Shown: one piece after another, positions 19,312 through 28,791 of the stretch | Layout of the letters: every line of letters begins with the position of its first letter | How positions within the stretch are numbered: the first letter of the stretch is position 1 | NCBI GenBank assembly: GCA_021777685.1 | Contig: JAJYDH010000001.1 | Location: 1-43,085 of the forward strand | Source: Planctomycetota bacterium | GTDB lineage: Bacteria; Planctomycetota; Planctomycetia; Isosphaerales; Isosphaeraceae | Reading direction: 5' to 3' | Length of the DNA: 43,085 bases | The notes under the pieces: generated by a model | The model's database searches: none | Told to the model about the DNA's origin: nothing | Seen by the model: only the letters and a program-made list of their open reading frames with translations | Translations under genes and position numbers: made by a program

Positions 19312-19857
19312 ATGAGACGACGAGCGATCGCGCCGGCATTCCTCCTGATCGCGGCGGGCCTCTCGTGCGACGTCCAGAGCCAGAGGCCGGCGTCGACGGT
19401 GGCGACCCCGGGCCAGCCCCGGCCAGGCGTGACCTCCGTGTCCGGCCTCTCGGCGGAGATGCTCGCCAACGTGGAGGCGTCTTACGTCCCCGTCTACTCG
19501 CACGTCTACACCGCCGACACCGCCCAGGCGCTCAACCTGGCCGCGACGCTCTTCGCGAGGAACACCGACGCGACGACCTCGGTCATCCTGACCCGCGTGA
19601 GCTACGTCGGCTCGGACGGCAAGACGCTCCAGGAATTCCTGAAGTCGCCGCTGAGGATCGCGCCGCTGGCCTCGATGGATTTCTTCATCAAGGAGAGCGA
19701 CGTCACGGGCGGTGCCTCGCCGAGCTTCCTCGTCGAGTACGTCCGTGAAGGGCCGGCGAGCGAGCCGATCGTGGAATCGGTCATGGTCGGCACGGCGGGC
19801 ACGCAGGGGATCTCGTTCACCTGCTCCGGCCGGCGAATTGCCCCCAGGAAGCCCTGA
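19312..19857 (+). CDS. DUF3124 family lipoprotein
   Basis: YVPVYSHVY, RNTD, PLAS..F.I.E.D..GG and P.VESVM.G..G..GISF motifs; GLSC lipobox. Confidence 0.85.
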   Translation: MRRRAIAPAFLLIAAGLSCDVQSQRPASTVATPGQPRPGVTSVSGLSAEMLANVEASYVPVYSHVYTADTAQALNLAATLFARNTDATTSVILTRVSYVGSDGKTLQEFLKSPLRIAPLASMDFFIKESDVTGGASPSFLVEYVREGPASEPIVESVMVGTAGTQGISFTCSGRRIAPRKP

Positions 19858-20213
19858 CGTCCTCACGGACAGGACTTCGGCCGAGGAATGCTTGACGGCG
19901 GCTTGCTTCCGCACCGACACCAGGACGGCGGCGTGGTGCGCCAGGGGCTCGCCGTCGTCCTCGACCTGATCGGCACCGGCGGCCGTGTCGCCTCTTGCCG
20001 GATGGTCAGGTACTGGGTCTCTCTGGCGTTGAAATCGGCACATGTGGTCAAAGTCGGGTCGGTCCGGAGATCGCGATCCGACGCCGAAAGGCCGTCGAGC
20101 CGACAAGGGTACGTCATTCGCACTTGGAGGAAAATCTGGACAATTGGGCGTCGGTGCCGAACCCCGCGACGCCCGGAGATGGCCATCATGCTGGGTTCAG
20201 GGGACACTCGACC

Positions 20214-21530
20214 ATGAATTCCGAAGACCGCGACGAGCACCGACAGGACTCCGAGCCGTCGGGCGAGGATCGGGAGGCCGCCCGTTCGCCCGAGAATGAA
20301 CCCGACGTCGTGACGACGACCGACCCGGCCATCACCAGCGGTCGGGGGGAAGACCAGGGCCGGAACCTCCGACCCGACGAGACCATCGTCGCCGAGACCA
20401 GCCGCGTCACTCGGGCCGTGCCGAGCTATGTCCCCGAGGCGAGCGCCTTCGTCGAGCCCGAGCGGCCCGGGAAGGGCCAGAAGGGCAAGCCCGAGGGCCA
20501 GGGCCGGGATGGAGGTAAGGCCCAGCACGAGGACGAGGATCGATCCGACGACCGGCGAGGGCCGGCTCATTCGGGGCAGCCCGGCTGGATGAGCTACGTC
20601 ATCATGGGGGCGGTGGCCCTGGCATGCGGCGTCGGGGGCGCGTGGGCCTTCTCGCACTTCGACCAGTCGAAGAAGGACGACCAGGCGCAGAAGGGTGGCA
20701 ACTCGCAGCAGTCGAAAAAGGGGGGCGACAGCTCCTCCAAGAAAGGCGATTCGTCCGAAGGCCACGCCAAGGGTCAGACCAGCGGCGGCGGGTCGTCGAG
20801 CGATTCGGGCTCGGAGATCCCGGGCTTCACCTCCGCCGAGGACGCCGACACCCTGAAGAAGCAGATCGAACACCTCTCCTCCCGGTTCGACACGCTCCAG
20901 CAGCGGGTCGAGTCGATGGTCATCCCCCGCGAGACCCCGCCCCCCGACGTCGGCACCCTGCAGATCAAGATGGGCGAACTCTCTCGGACGGTCGGAGATC
21001 TCACGGGCCTGACCTCGCAGTCCCGGCAGATGGCGAACAGGCTGGATCACCTCCAGGAGGAGATCAGGGGCCTGCGCGACCAGCTTTCCGCGGCGAAGGA
21101 ACGGGGCGGGGTGGTCACGGATACTCCGACCATCGGCTCCGTGGATCACAAGGTCGTCTCGCTCGCCGGCCCTCCGCCGGCCCCCCCGACCTCGATCCTG
21201 CCGTCGGACCCCGATTCGCCCGACGAGGCGATGGCCGAGGGGATCGCCCTGTTCAAGAAGGGCCGCTATCCGCAGGCCGATGACATCTTTCGCAAGCTCC
21301 AGCTGACGAGACCGCAAGACGCCCGTGTCTGGTATTATTCGGCCCTCGCCCACGGATTCGCCACGGGCGAGTGGGAGGGCGACACCAGGCGATTCGTCAT
21401 GCAGGGCGCCGATCGCGAGCGGGCGGGATTGCCCTCGACCTCGCAGATCGATACGGCCTTCGCCGGCCTGAGCGCGGCACAGGGCAGGGACTGGCTGGCT
21501 TCCTACCGAGCACAACTGGTCAAGCGATAA
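20214..21530 (+). CDS. Membrane-anchored coiled-coil + TPR protein
   Basis: Disordered N-terminus, single TM (YVIMGAVALACGVGGAWAF), heptad region, TPR-like GIALFKKGRYPQA…P.DARVWYYSALA. Confidence 0.75.
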   Translation: MNSEDRDEHRQDSEPSGEDREAARSPENEPDVVTTTDPAITSGRGEDQGRNLRPDETIVAETSRVTRAVPSYVPEASAFVEPERPGKGQKGKPEGQGRDGGKAQHEDEDRSDDRRGPAHSGQPGWMSYVIMGAVALACGVGGAWAFSHFDQSKKDDQAQKGGNSQQSKKGGDSSSKKGDSSEGHAKGQTSGGGSSSDSGSEIPGFTSAEDADTLKKQIEHLSSRFDTLQQRVESMVIPRETPPPDVGTLQIKMGELSRTVGDLTGLTSQSRQMANRLDHLQEEIRGLRDQLSAAKERGGVVTDTPTIGSVDHKVVSLAGPPPAPPTSILPSDPDSPDEAMAEGIALFKKGRYPQADDIFRKLQLTRPQDARVWYYSALAHGFATGEWEGDTRRFVMQGADRERAGLPSTSQIDTAFAGLSAAQGRDWLASYRAQLVKR

Positions 21531-21558
21531 GCCGAGTTCGCCCTCTCAAAGTGTCGAA

Positions 21559-21594
21559 GGCCCGGCCGGCCCGATGGAGCGGGTCGGCCGGGCC
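21559..21594. terminator. Hairpin between convergent genes (putative bidirectional terminator)
   Basis: ggcccggccggcccg-atggag-cgggtcggccgggcc. Confidence 0.6.
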
Positions 21595-21629
21595 ATTTCG
21601 ATCGATGAGCACCGTTTGCCGGCCTCGGG

Positions 21630-24600
21630 TCACTCCTCGTCGCCCTCGTCGTTGCCGCCATCGGCCTCGGGGTCTTCGGGCTCCTTGGGATCGCCGTGGA
21701 TCATCAGGGAGTAGAGCGCGGGGACGACGAAGAGGGTCGCCGGCTCGCCGGCGAGCAACCCGCCGAGGATCGCTCGGCCGAGCGGGGCGTTGGCCTCGCT
21801 GCCGGTCTCCAGGGCCAGGGCGGTCGGGATCATGGCGAAGAAGGCCGCCAGGGCGGTCATGGTGATCGGCCGGACCCGCATCTCGGCCGCCTTGCGGATC
21901 GCCTCGGTCGGCGAGAGCCCCTCTTTCTTGCGGAAATCCTGGGCAACGTCGGTCATCAAGACCGTGTTGGCCACCTTGATCCCCACGCTGAAGATGATCC
22001 CCAGGAGGGACTGCACGTTGAGAGAGGTCCCGGTGAAGTAGAGCATCGGCAGGGTCCCGACCAGGATCAGCGGGACGGCGATCAGGACGCAGAGCGGGAC
22101 CAGGAAAGATTTGTCGAGGGCCACCATCATGAAATAGATGATGATCACGGCGAGCACCAGTCCGATGCCGAGATCCCGGAAGGTCTGCGTCATCCGGGCG
22201 TATTCGCCGCTGACGATGATCTCGGTCCCCTTCAAGATGCGGCGGCCCCCCGATTCGGGATCGTAGGCGTCGTAGGTCGTCCCCTCGCCCGAGCCGCCGG
22301 ACTTGCTCTCATCCTTCACCTTGCCGAACTTCTCGACGACCTTGTTGACGTCGGCGGCCACATGGCCGAGGTCTCGTCCGTAGACGTTGATGTTCAGGTC
22401 GATCGACGGCCGGATGTTGAGGTGGGTGACCTCGGTGGGAATGCTGCTCCGGCTGAGGTGGACGAGATTGCGGAGGAGTGTAGGCGGCCCGGATTCCTCG
22501 CGGGCCGGCGTCGGCCGAGGGATGAGGGTTGGCATCCGTTGATCCTTGACGGCGACCCGGCTGTCCGACTTGGTCTGGTTGATCCCGGTGATCGGCACGT
22601 TCAGGAGCGACTCTAGCGAGTCGATCTTCTCCAGCGGATATTGAACGCCCACGAAATACTGGTTGCCATTCGCGCGGTCGATCCAGAAGATCTGCTTGTT
22701 AAACTGGATGGATGAGTTGAAGGCCGCGATGACGTTCCTCATCACATCCTCCTGGGTCAGGCCGAGATCGGCGGCCTTGGCGCGATCGACCTCGACGATG
22801 TATTCGGGATAGTCGATCCGCTGGAGGATCCGGGGGTCGACGACGCCGTCGATGTTGGCCACCTGGCGGCGGATCAGCTCGGCGATGTGGTGTGACTCCT
22901 TGAGCTGTTTGCCCGTGACCCGGACGTTGATCGGGGTGGCCCTCCCCTGGTTCAGGGCGCTCTGGATCAGGCCGCCGGCGTTGAAGGCGATCTCCAGGTC
23001 GGCGAACCGATCGTCGTCGGCGAACGCCTTGCGGAGGACGTCGGCATACTGGTACGAGCCCTTCTTGCGGCCTTCGGTGAGCTGGATGCGGATGATGGCA
23101 TCCATCTTGGCCTGGTTCAGGGTGTAGGCGGAAGAGATGTCGGGGTTGACCCCGATCTCCGAGACGATCAGCTTCAGGTCGGATTTGGGGATCTTCTCGC
23201 GGATGAACTTCTCGGCCTCGGCGATCCGTGCGTTGGTCTTCTCGATCTTGGTGCCGCTGGGACATCGCGCGTAGATCTCGAAGGCGCCCGAGTCGACCTG
23301 CGGGAAGAACTCCTTGCGGAGCGGCTCGATCAGCCCGCCGAGGGTCAGGGCGAGGAGGAGGAAGGCCCCAATGACCACCGGCCAGCGGTGCAGCAGGACC
23401 CAGTCGAGCAGCTTGCCATATTCCCTGATCCAGGCGTCGACAAACTTCAGCCAGCGGTCGAAGCCGCGGCCGATCGGGCCCTTTTCCTTCTCCCGTTCTC
23501 CCTCGGGCTTGGGCTTGAGGAACATCGCCGCGTAGGTCGGGACGACGGTCCTGGACAGGATGTAGGCGGTCGCCATCGAGAAGCCGACGGCCATCGTCAT
23601 CGGCCGGAACAGGAAGGAGCCGGTGCCGGGCATCAGGGCCAAGGGCGAGAGGACCAGCAGGGTGCTGAGGCTGGAGACCAGCTCGGGCAATGCCACCTCG
23701 CTGGCCCCGAAGAGGGCCGATCGGCGGATCGGGTCGCCCATCTCCAGGTGGCGGTCGGTGTTCTCCAGGCAGATGATCGCGCTGTCGACCATCGGGCCGA
23801 CGGCCAGGGCCAGTCCCGAGAGGGTCATCACGTTGATCGTCTGGCCGAAGGCGTAGAGCAGCCCGAGCGCCGAGAGCACCGAGAGCGGGATCGTCGAGAC
23901 GGCGATGGCCGTCATCTGCCAGCGGCCCAGGAACGCCAGGATCGTCAGCGAGCAGAGGACCGCCCCCAGGCTCGCCTCGGTCGCCAGGCTGCTGATCGAC
24001 TGGCGGACGTAGACCGACTGGTCCATGATGACCTCGAGCGAGATGCTCGGGTCGCTGAGCTGCGACTTGATCGTCGACAACCTGGCCCGCAACTGGTCGA
24101 TGACCTTCAAGGTGCTGGCGCCAACCTGCCGCATCACGGGGACATAGACCTGCTTGCGTCCCTCGACCCGGACGATGGCCGTCTGGATCATGGCATCGTC
24201 GGTCGCCCTGGCCACGTCGCCGACGAACGCGCGGTTGCCCCGCTCGGTCCGCAAGGGGATCTGGTCCATGTGCGTCACCTTGTCGAACAGCGCGTTGCTA
24301 TTGAGGAAGTAATCGCGGTCGCCGATGATCGCCTCGCCGGTCGGCAGGAAGACGTTGGAGTCGGCCACCGCCCTCATGACGTCGAGCGGGGCGACGTCCC
24401 GGGCCATCATCTTCTCGCGGTCCAGGTAGACCTGGACGGCGCGGAGCTTGCCGCCGAAGACGACCGGCGAGACCGCCCCCCGGATCTCCATCACCTTGTT
24501 GCGGACCTCGTATCGCCCGACGTCGTAGAGCTGGATCTCGTCCGCCGACTCGCTGTTCAACGCCACCATGCAGACCGGCGTCGTCGAGGTCGGGTCGAAT

Positions 24601-24992
24601 GGCATGACGATCGGCGGGAGTGTCCCCGGGGGCATCTGCGGGACCACTGACTGCGCCAGCGAGAGCACCGACGAGAGCGCCTCGCCCGGCTGGACGTCCT
24701 CGTAGAAATAATTCCGGACCACGCTGATGCCCAGGATCGACCGCGACTCCTGCCGCTTGATCCCCGAGGCGATGTCTGTCCATCGCTCGATCCGGTTCGT
24801 GATGTCGCGCTCGACGTCGCGAGGCGGCATCCCACCGTAAAAGGTCAAGACCTGCACGGCCGGGCTCTTGAAGACGGGCAGGATATCGATCGGGATCAGG
24901 GCCACGCTGATCCCGCCCAGCAGGGCGATCGTCAGCGCGAAGACCGTCACGGCCCAGGGATTCATCAGCGAGGCACGGATCAGGCCCCTCAT
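21630..24992 (-). CDS. RND efflux transporter permease (AcrB/CusA superfamily)
   Basis: 1120 aa; N.MTL.GLALAVG..VD.AI..LEN, EFFP.VD.G, R.RPI.MT and APLGRA..GGL motifs. Confidence 0.95.
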   Translation of the reverse strand: MRGLIRASLMNPWAVTVFALTIALLGGISVALIPIDILPVFKSPAVQVLTFYGGMPPRDVERDITNRIERWTDIASGIKRQESRSILGISVVRNYFYEDVQPGEALSSVLSLAQSVVPQMPPGTLPPIVMPFDPTSTTPVCMVALNSESADEIQLYDVGRYEVRNKVMEIRGAVSPVVFGGKLRAVQVYLDREKMMARDVAPLDVMRAVADSNVFLPTGEAIIGDRDYFLNSNALFDKVTHMDQIPLRTERGNRAFVGDVARATDDAMIQTAIVRVEGRKQVYVPVMRQVGASTLKVIDQLRARLSTIKSQLSDPSISLEVIMDQSVYVRQSISSLATEASLGAVLCSLTILAFLGRWQMTAIAVSTIPLSVLSALGLLYAFGQTINVMTLSGLALAVGPMVDSAIICLENTDRHLEMGDPIRRSALFGASEVALPELVSSLSTLLVLSPLALMPGTGSFLFRPMTMAVGFSMATAYILSRTVVPTYAAMFLKPKPEGEREKEKGPIGRGFDRWLKFVDAWIREYGKLLDWVLLHRWPVVIGAFLLLALTLGGLIEPLRKEFFPQVDSGAFEIYARCPSGTKIEKTNARIAEAEKFIREKIPKSDLKLIVSEIGVNPDISSAYTLNQAKMDAIIRIQLTEGRKKGSYQYADVLRKAFADDDRFADLEIAFNAGGLIQSALNQGRATPINVRVTGKQLKESHHIAELIRRQVANIDGVVDPRILQRIDYPEYIVEVDRAKAADLGLTQEDVMRNVIAAFNSSIQFNKQIFWIDRANGNQYFVGVQYPLEKIDSLESLLNVPITGINQTKSDSRVAVKDQRMPTLIPRPTPAREESGPPTLLRNLVHLSRSSIPTEVTHLNIRPSIDLNINVYGRDLGHVAADVNKVVEKFGKVKDESKSGGSGEGTTYDAYDPESGGRRILKGTEIIVSGEYARMTQTFRDLGIGLVLAVIIIYFMMVALDKSFLVPLCVLIAVPLILVGTLPMLYFTGTSLNVQSLLGIIFSVGIKVANTVLMTDVAQDFRKKEGLSPTEAIRKAAEMRVRPITMTALAAFFAMIPTALALETGSEANAPLGRAILGGLLAGEPATLFVVPALYSLMIHGDPKEPEDPEADGGNDEGDEE

Positions 24993-25073
24993 CGGTATTT
25001 CCTTCCGACTCTAGGCGCGGTCTCGGCCTCTCAGCGAGCCCGAATGTCGACGCGGTGTTTCGCGAATCACTGG

Positions 25074-25088
25074 GCAACTTCCGCGCCC
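25074..25088 (-). promoter_or_regulatory. Putative sigma54 (-24/-12) promoter for the RND permease
   Basis: Minus strand GGGCGCGGAAGTTGC: GG-N10-GC with TTGC. Confidence 0.5.
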
Positions 25089-25099
25089 GAGCCCGGATG

Positions 25100-25115
25100 T
25101 TGGCACAAAATCTGC
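25100..25115 (+). promoter_or_regulatory. Putative sigma54 (-24/-12) promoter for the adaptor gene
   Basis: TTGGCACAAAATCTGC: TGGCAC and GG-N10-GC, about 40 bp upstream of the GTG start. Confidence 0.6.
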
Positions 25116-25157
25116 CCTCGGTGGGGTCCAACCGGAACCGAAACGAGGAGAACCGTC

Positions 25158-26672
25158 GTGCCCACCACAGTCGAGACGCCTTCGAGGCAGGCCCGATCCG
25201 TCGAGGGCGATCGGGGCCCACGCCGGTCGGGCCGGAGAGGCCATCGCCGGACCTGGATCTGGTGGGCGGTCGGGGCCGCCGGACTGGTCGGGATCGGGGT
25301 CTTTCTCTATCTGAGGGCGGGCAAGGCCGACGACCCGAAGGGTGATCCCTCCAGGAACGAGCCGGCGGGATCGGCCGACGCCGACGGGTCGCGACCGCCC
25401 GACGGACAAAACAAGGCGGCCGTCAAGGTCAAGGTGGCCCGTCCGCACCGGGGAGGGATCACCCGGACGACGACGCAACTCGCCGAGATCCGCTTTTTCG
25501 CTCATGTCCAGATGTTCGCCAAGGCATCCGGCTTCCTGAGGTCACAGGTGGTCGACATCGGGGATACCGTCCGGGCGGGGGACGTCCTGGCCGAGGTCTA
25601 CGCGCCCGAGCTCCAGCAGCAGGTCGAGCAGGCCGCCGCCGCCGTCGAGCAGGCCAGGGCCGAGGTCGTCCAGGCCGAGGCGCTGGTCACGGTCGATCAG
25701 GCCGCCGTCCAGGCCGAGACCGCCGTCGTCAAGCAGCGAGAGGCCCAGATCGGCCAGTACACGGCGACCCGGAAGTATCGCGAGAAGGAATACATCCGGT
25801 ACTCGGAACTGGCCGTCAACCGGGCCATCGACGATCGGGCGGCCGACGAGAAGCAGGACGACTTCGAGTCGGCCAAGGCCGGCGAACGCTATGCCATCGC
25901 CTCCGTCGAGGCGGCCCGGGCGAGCCTGGCCCGTGCCGTCGCCCAGGTCGACCGGGCGAGGGCCGACGTCAAGGCGGCGAGGTCGAGAGTGCTGGTCGCC
26001 GAGGCCCGAGAGGCCAACGCCCGGATCTACCAGCAATACACGCGGCTCACCGCGCCTTTCGACGGCGTCGTGACCGAGCGCAACTACTACGACGGCGACT
26101 TCGTCCGCGATGCCGCCCAGGGATCGAACACGCCCCCGGTCCTCGCGGTGGCCAGGACTGACCTCATGCGCGTGGTCGTGTACATCCCCGATTCCCAGGT
26201 CCCGTACCTCGACCGTGGTGATGAGGCGGTTGTCCGCGTCCAGGCCCTTGGGGGTGAGGAATTCCGGGGCAAGGTCGCGCGTTATTCCAACATGGAGATG
26301 GCCTCGAACCGCGCGATGAGGGCCGAGGTCGACATCCCCAACCCCTCCGGTCGGCTCCGCCACGGGATGTACGGCGACGTGACGATCCTGCTCGATCCCG
26401 CCACGAAAGTGCTGACCGTCCCGTCCCCTGGCCTGGTGGAAAACGACGGCCACGGCGCCGGCTCGGTCTACGTCGCCCGCGACGGCAAGGCTCACAAGGT
26501 TTCGGTCCGGGTCGGCAGGGACAACGGTCTCATCGCCGAGATACTCTCGGGGCTGAAGCCAGCCGACGAGGTGATCGTCGACTATAGCGGCTCGATCGAG
26601 GACGGCTCGGAGGTCGAGGCCCTGCCGGCGGATGTCGAGGAGGCCAAACGCGAGGCGGGGCGGGAGAAGTGA
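25158..26672 (+). CDS. RND periplasmic adaptor (membrane fusion protein)
   Basis: TM anchor, lipoyl halves (VDIGD.V.AGDVL; APFDGVVT.R…GD.V) and a long alpha-hairpin; GAGGAG RBS before GTG 25158. Confidence 0.93.
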   Translation: MPTTVETPSRQARSVEGDRGPRRSGRRGHRRTWIWWAVGAAGLVGIGVFLYLRAGKADDPKGDPSRNEPAGSADADGSRPPDGQNKAAVKVKVARPHRGGITRTTTQLAEIRFFAHVQMFAKASGFLRSQVVDIGDTVRAGDVLAEVYAPELQQQVEQAAAAVEQARAEVVQAEALVTVDQAAVQAETAVVKQREAQIGQYTATRKYREKEYIRYSELAVNRAIDDRAADEKQDDFESAKAGERYAIASVEAARASLARAVAQVDRARADVKAARSRVLVAEAREANARIYQQYTRLTAPFDGVVTERNYYDGDFVRDAAQGSNTPPVLAVARTDLMRVVVYIPDSQVPYLDRGDEAVVRVQALGGEEFRGKVARYSNMEMASNRAMRAEVDIPNPSGRLRHGMYGDVTILLDPATKVLTVPSPGLVENDGHGAGSVYVARDGKAHKVSVRVGRDNGLIAEILSGLKPADEVIVDYSGSIEDGSEVEALPADVEEAKREAGREK

Positions 26673-26679
26673 AGTCGGG

Positions 26680-28791
26680 TCACGGTCCGGGCGGGCTCGA
26701 CGCCCCCAAAGAGCTCCGTTCGGTTGGCTTTGCGTTGGGATCGGTCATCAGCCGCCAGAGCGCCTTGTCGTACTCGACCCTCGCGGTCAACTCGGCTCGA
26801 TGCGCCTCGGCGAGGGCGGCGAGCCCCCGGGCGGTTTCCTCGCGGCTCGGGGATTTTCCGGCCGCCCCCAGCGACCTGAACAATTCGGCCTGGAGCCGGT
26901 CATATTCGTCCGCGGCCCGGGCCGAAGCCTTCTTCGCACGATCCAGCGACTCGAAGCCATCGGGAGGCGAATCGGTCTCACCGCCGGCGGCGGCGACGTT
27001 GAGGTCGCTCCGCGACGCGGCCCCGGCCTTCTCGGGCGGCGAGGACGAGGCCCTCCCCTCCGCTCGGGTCGGATTGGCGGCGAGCGCGTCGATCGAGGAG
27101 GCGGGCAAGGAGGGACGGGTGGGGAGTTCCAGCGGCGGGGGCGAGCCCATCGCGACGAAGAGCTGGAACTGGGCCTGATTATAGCCGAGAACGGCATCGA
27201 TCAGGCTCTCTCGGGCCTTCCGGAGCAGGTTCAGGTTGTTCAGGACCTCCAACGGAGGCCCGGCCGCCTGCCGGATGCGCTCCAGGTCGTTTTGGTAGCC
27301 ATTCTGGGCGATCGTCAACTGTTCGATGGCGATTCGCAATTTCTCGCGCCTGGCGAGGGCCTCGGCCCGAGAGGACGCGACCTCATCGCGGACCAGATTG
27401 ATGACGCGATCTCGATCGGCGACGGCCAGCCCGACCTGCGAGTCCCGCCTCTTGATGCTCGCCAGGTTGCCCGCCCCGAAGTTGAGCAGCGACCAGTAGG
27501 CGAAGGCGTCAAAGTCGGTCCGTCCCGCGAAAGAGCCGAGCAGGGGCGGCGTCAGATTGCTCCCGCCGCCGTAGGCCGCTCCGCTGTAGCCGAGCCATAG
27601 GGTTGGCAGGAAGGGACGAGACCGTTCCTGCCGGGCCCGCGTCTCCGCGACCGCGATGCCGGCGGAACGGGCCTTCACCTCGGGCCGACGATGCAGCGCC
27701 ACCCGGATGAGTTCCTCCGTGTTGGCGTCGGGCTCGATCAGCGCGAAGACCTCGGGGGCCGGGTTCGCCGGCTCGATGGTGGCGGAAGGGTCTAGGTGGA
27801 GCCGACGGGCAAGGCGGGCCGACGCGACCGCGACCCGCTCCTCGGCGCGGCGGATCTCGCCCAGCCGGAGCTGCCTCTGCGTCTGGGCACGGTCCGCGTC
27901 GGCCTGGCGTCCCTGGCCGGTCCTCGCGTATTGGGCCGTGATCCGCGCGACCTCGGCCGCCTCGGTCTCGGTCCTACGCCTGGCCGCCAGGTCGTTGGCG
28001 GCCGCCTGCAGCTCCAGGTACTCGACCGCGACGCCAAGGAGGACCGAGTTGGCGGTCGCCGAGGCGTCGAATTCGACCACGGCGACCTGCTGCCGGGCCG
28101 CCAGAGGCTCGAAGATCGCATCCCCGAGGTGCGCGGCGATGTTCACGGCCGGGATTGAGACCGTCCCGGAAGCGACGGCCGAGGCCCCGCCTCCGAGGTA
28201 CAATGACTGCCTGTCGACGGTGATGAGCCGGCCGTCCGATTGCTGGAGGACGCCCGCATGGCCGTCGTAGCTGGCGCCGGCGTTCAAGGTCGGCAGGAGG
28301 AGGACCCGAGCCTGGAGCTGTCGGCCGAGCGCCTCGCCGACCCGGGCACGCGCCTCGCCGAGGATCGGATTGGCCTTCTCCGCCAGTCGGAGGGCCGACG
28401 GCAGGTCGATCGGCAAAGTCGAGGGCGACGGCGGGATCGTCGGTTGAGCGATCATGGGGCCTGATGAGCCCGAGGTCTTCCTCAACTCCGGGTCGTCCGG
28501 CACCCGGATCGGAGCGACCGGCTGAGCATCGGTCGCCGTCCGAGGAGCGGCACCGATGGCCGGGAGGGGCGGGAGATTCCCGACCGTACCTGAAGCCGAC
28601 GGCTCGGCATCCCAGGATTGTCCGCCTGGCCGGACCCCGGCGCAACCCGGCGTCCATGCCAGGATCATCGCGGCCAAGGCAGCGAGGACCCGCTGGCGAT
28701 CAACGATCTCAGGCCGGGTTCGGGTCGTTGACATGGCCATCCCTTGGGCATTTGCCTTCCCGGATCTGGGAAGTCGGATGCGTGAGCTCAT
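26680..28791 (-). CDS. TolC-family outer membrane factor with C-terminal extension
   Basis: Two OEP repeats (IDL..AL.LA..NP; LP.L; Y..A.F.L..A.G); ATGA overlap with the upstream paralogue. True start may be slightly downstream. Confidence 0.88.
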   Translation of the reverse strand: MSSRIRLPRSGKANAQGMAMSTTRTRPEIVDRQRVLAALAAMILAWTPGCAGVRPGGQSWDAEPSASGTVGNLPPLPAIGAAPRTATDAQPVAPIRVPDDPELRKTSGSSGPMIAQPTIPPSPSTLPIDLPSALRLAEKANPILGEARARVGEALGRQLQARVLLLPTLNAGASYDGHAGVLQQSDGRLITVDRQSLYLGGGASAVASGTVSIPAVNIAAHLGDAIFEPLAARQQVAVVEFDASATANSVLLGVAVEYLELQAAANDLAARRRTETEAAEVARITAQYARTGQGRQADADRAQTQRQLRLGEIRRAEERVAVASARLARRLHLDPSATIEPANPAPEVFALIEPDANTEELIRVALHRRPEVKARSAGIAVAETRARQERSRPFLPTLWLGYSGAAYGGGSNLTPPLLGSFAGRTDFDAFAYWSLLNFGAGNLASIKRRDSQVGLAVADRDRVINLVRDEVASSRAEALARREKLRIAIEQLTIAQNGYQNDLERIRQAAGPPLEVLNNLNLLRKARESLIDAVLGYNQAQFQLFVAMGSPPPLELPTRPSLPASSIDALAANPTRAEGRASSSPPEKAGAASRSDLNVAAAGGETDSPPDGFESLDRAKKASARAADEYDRLQAELFRSLGAAGKSPSREETARGLAALAEAHRAELTARVEYDKALWRLMTDPNAKPTERSSLGASSPPGP

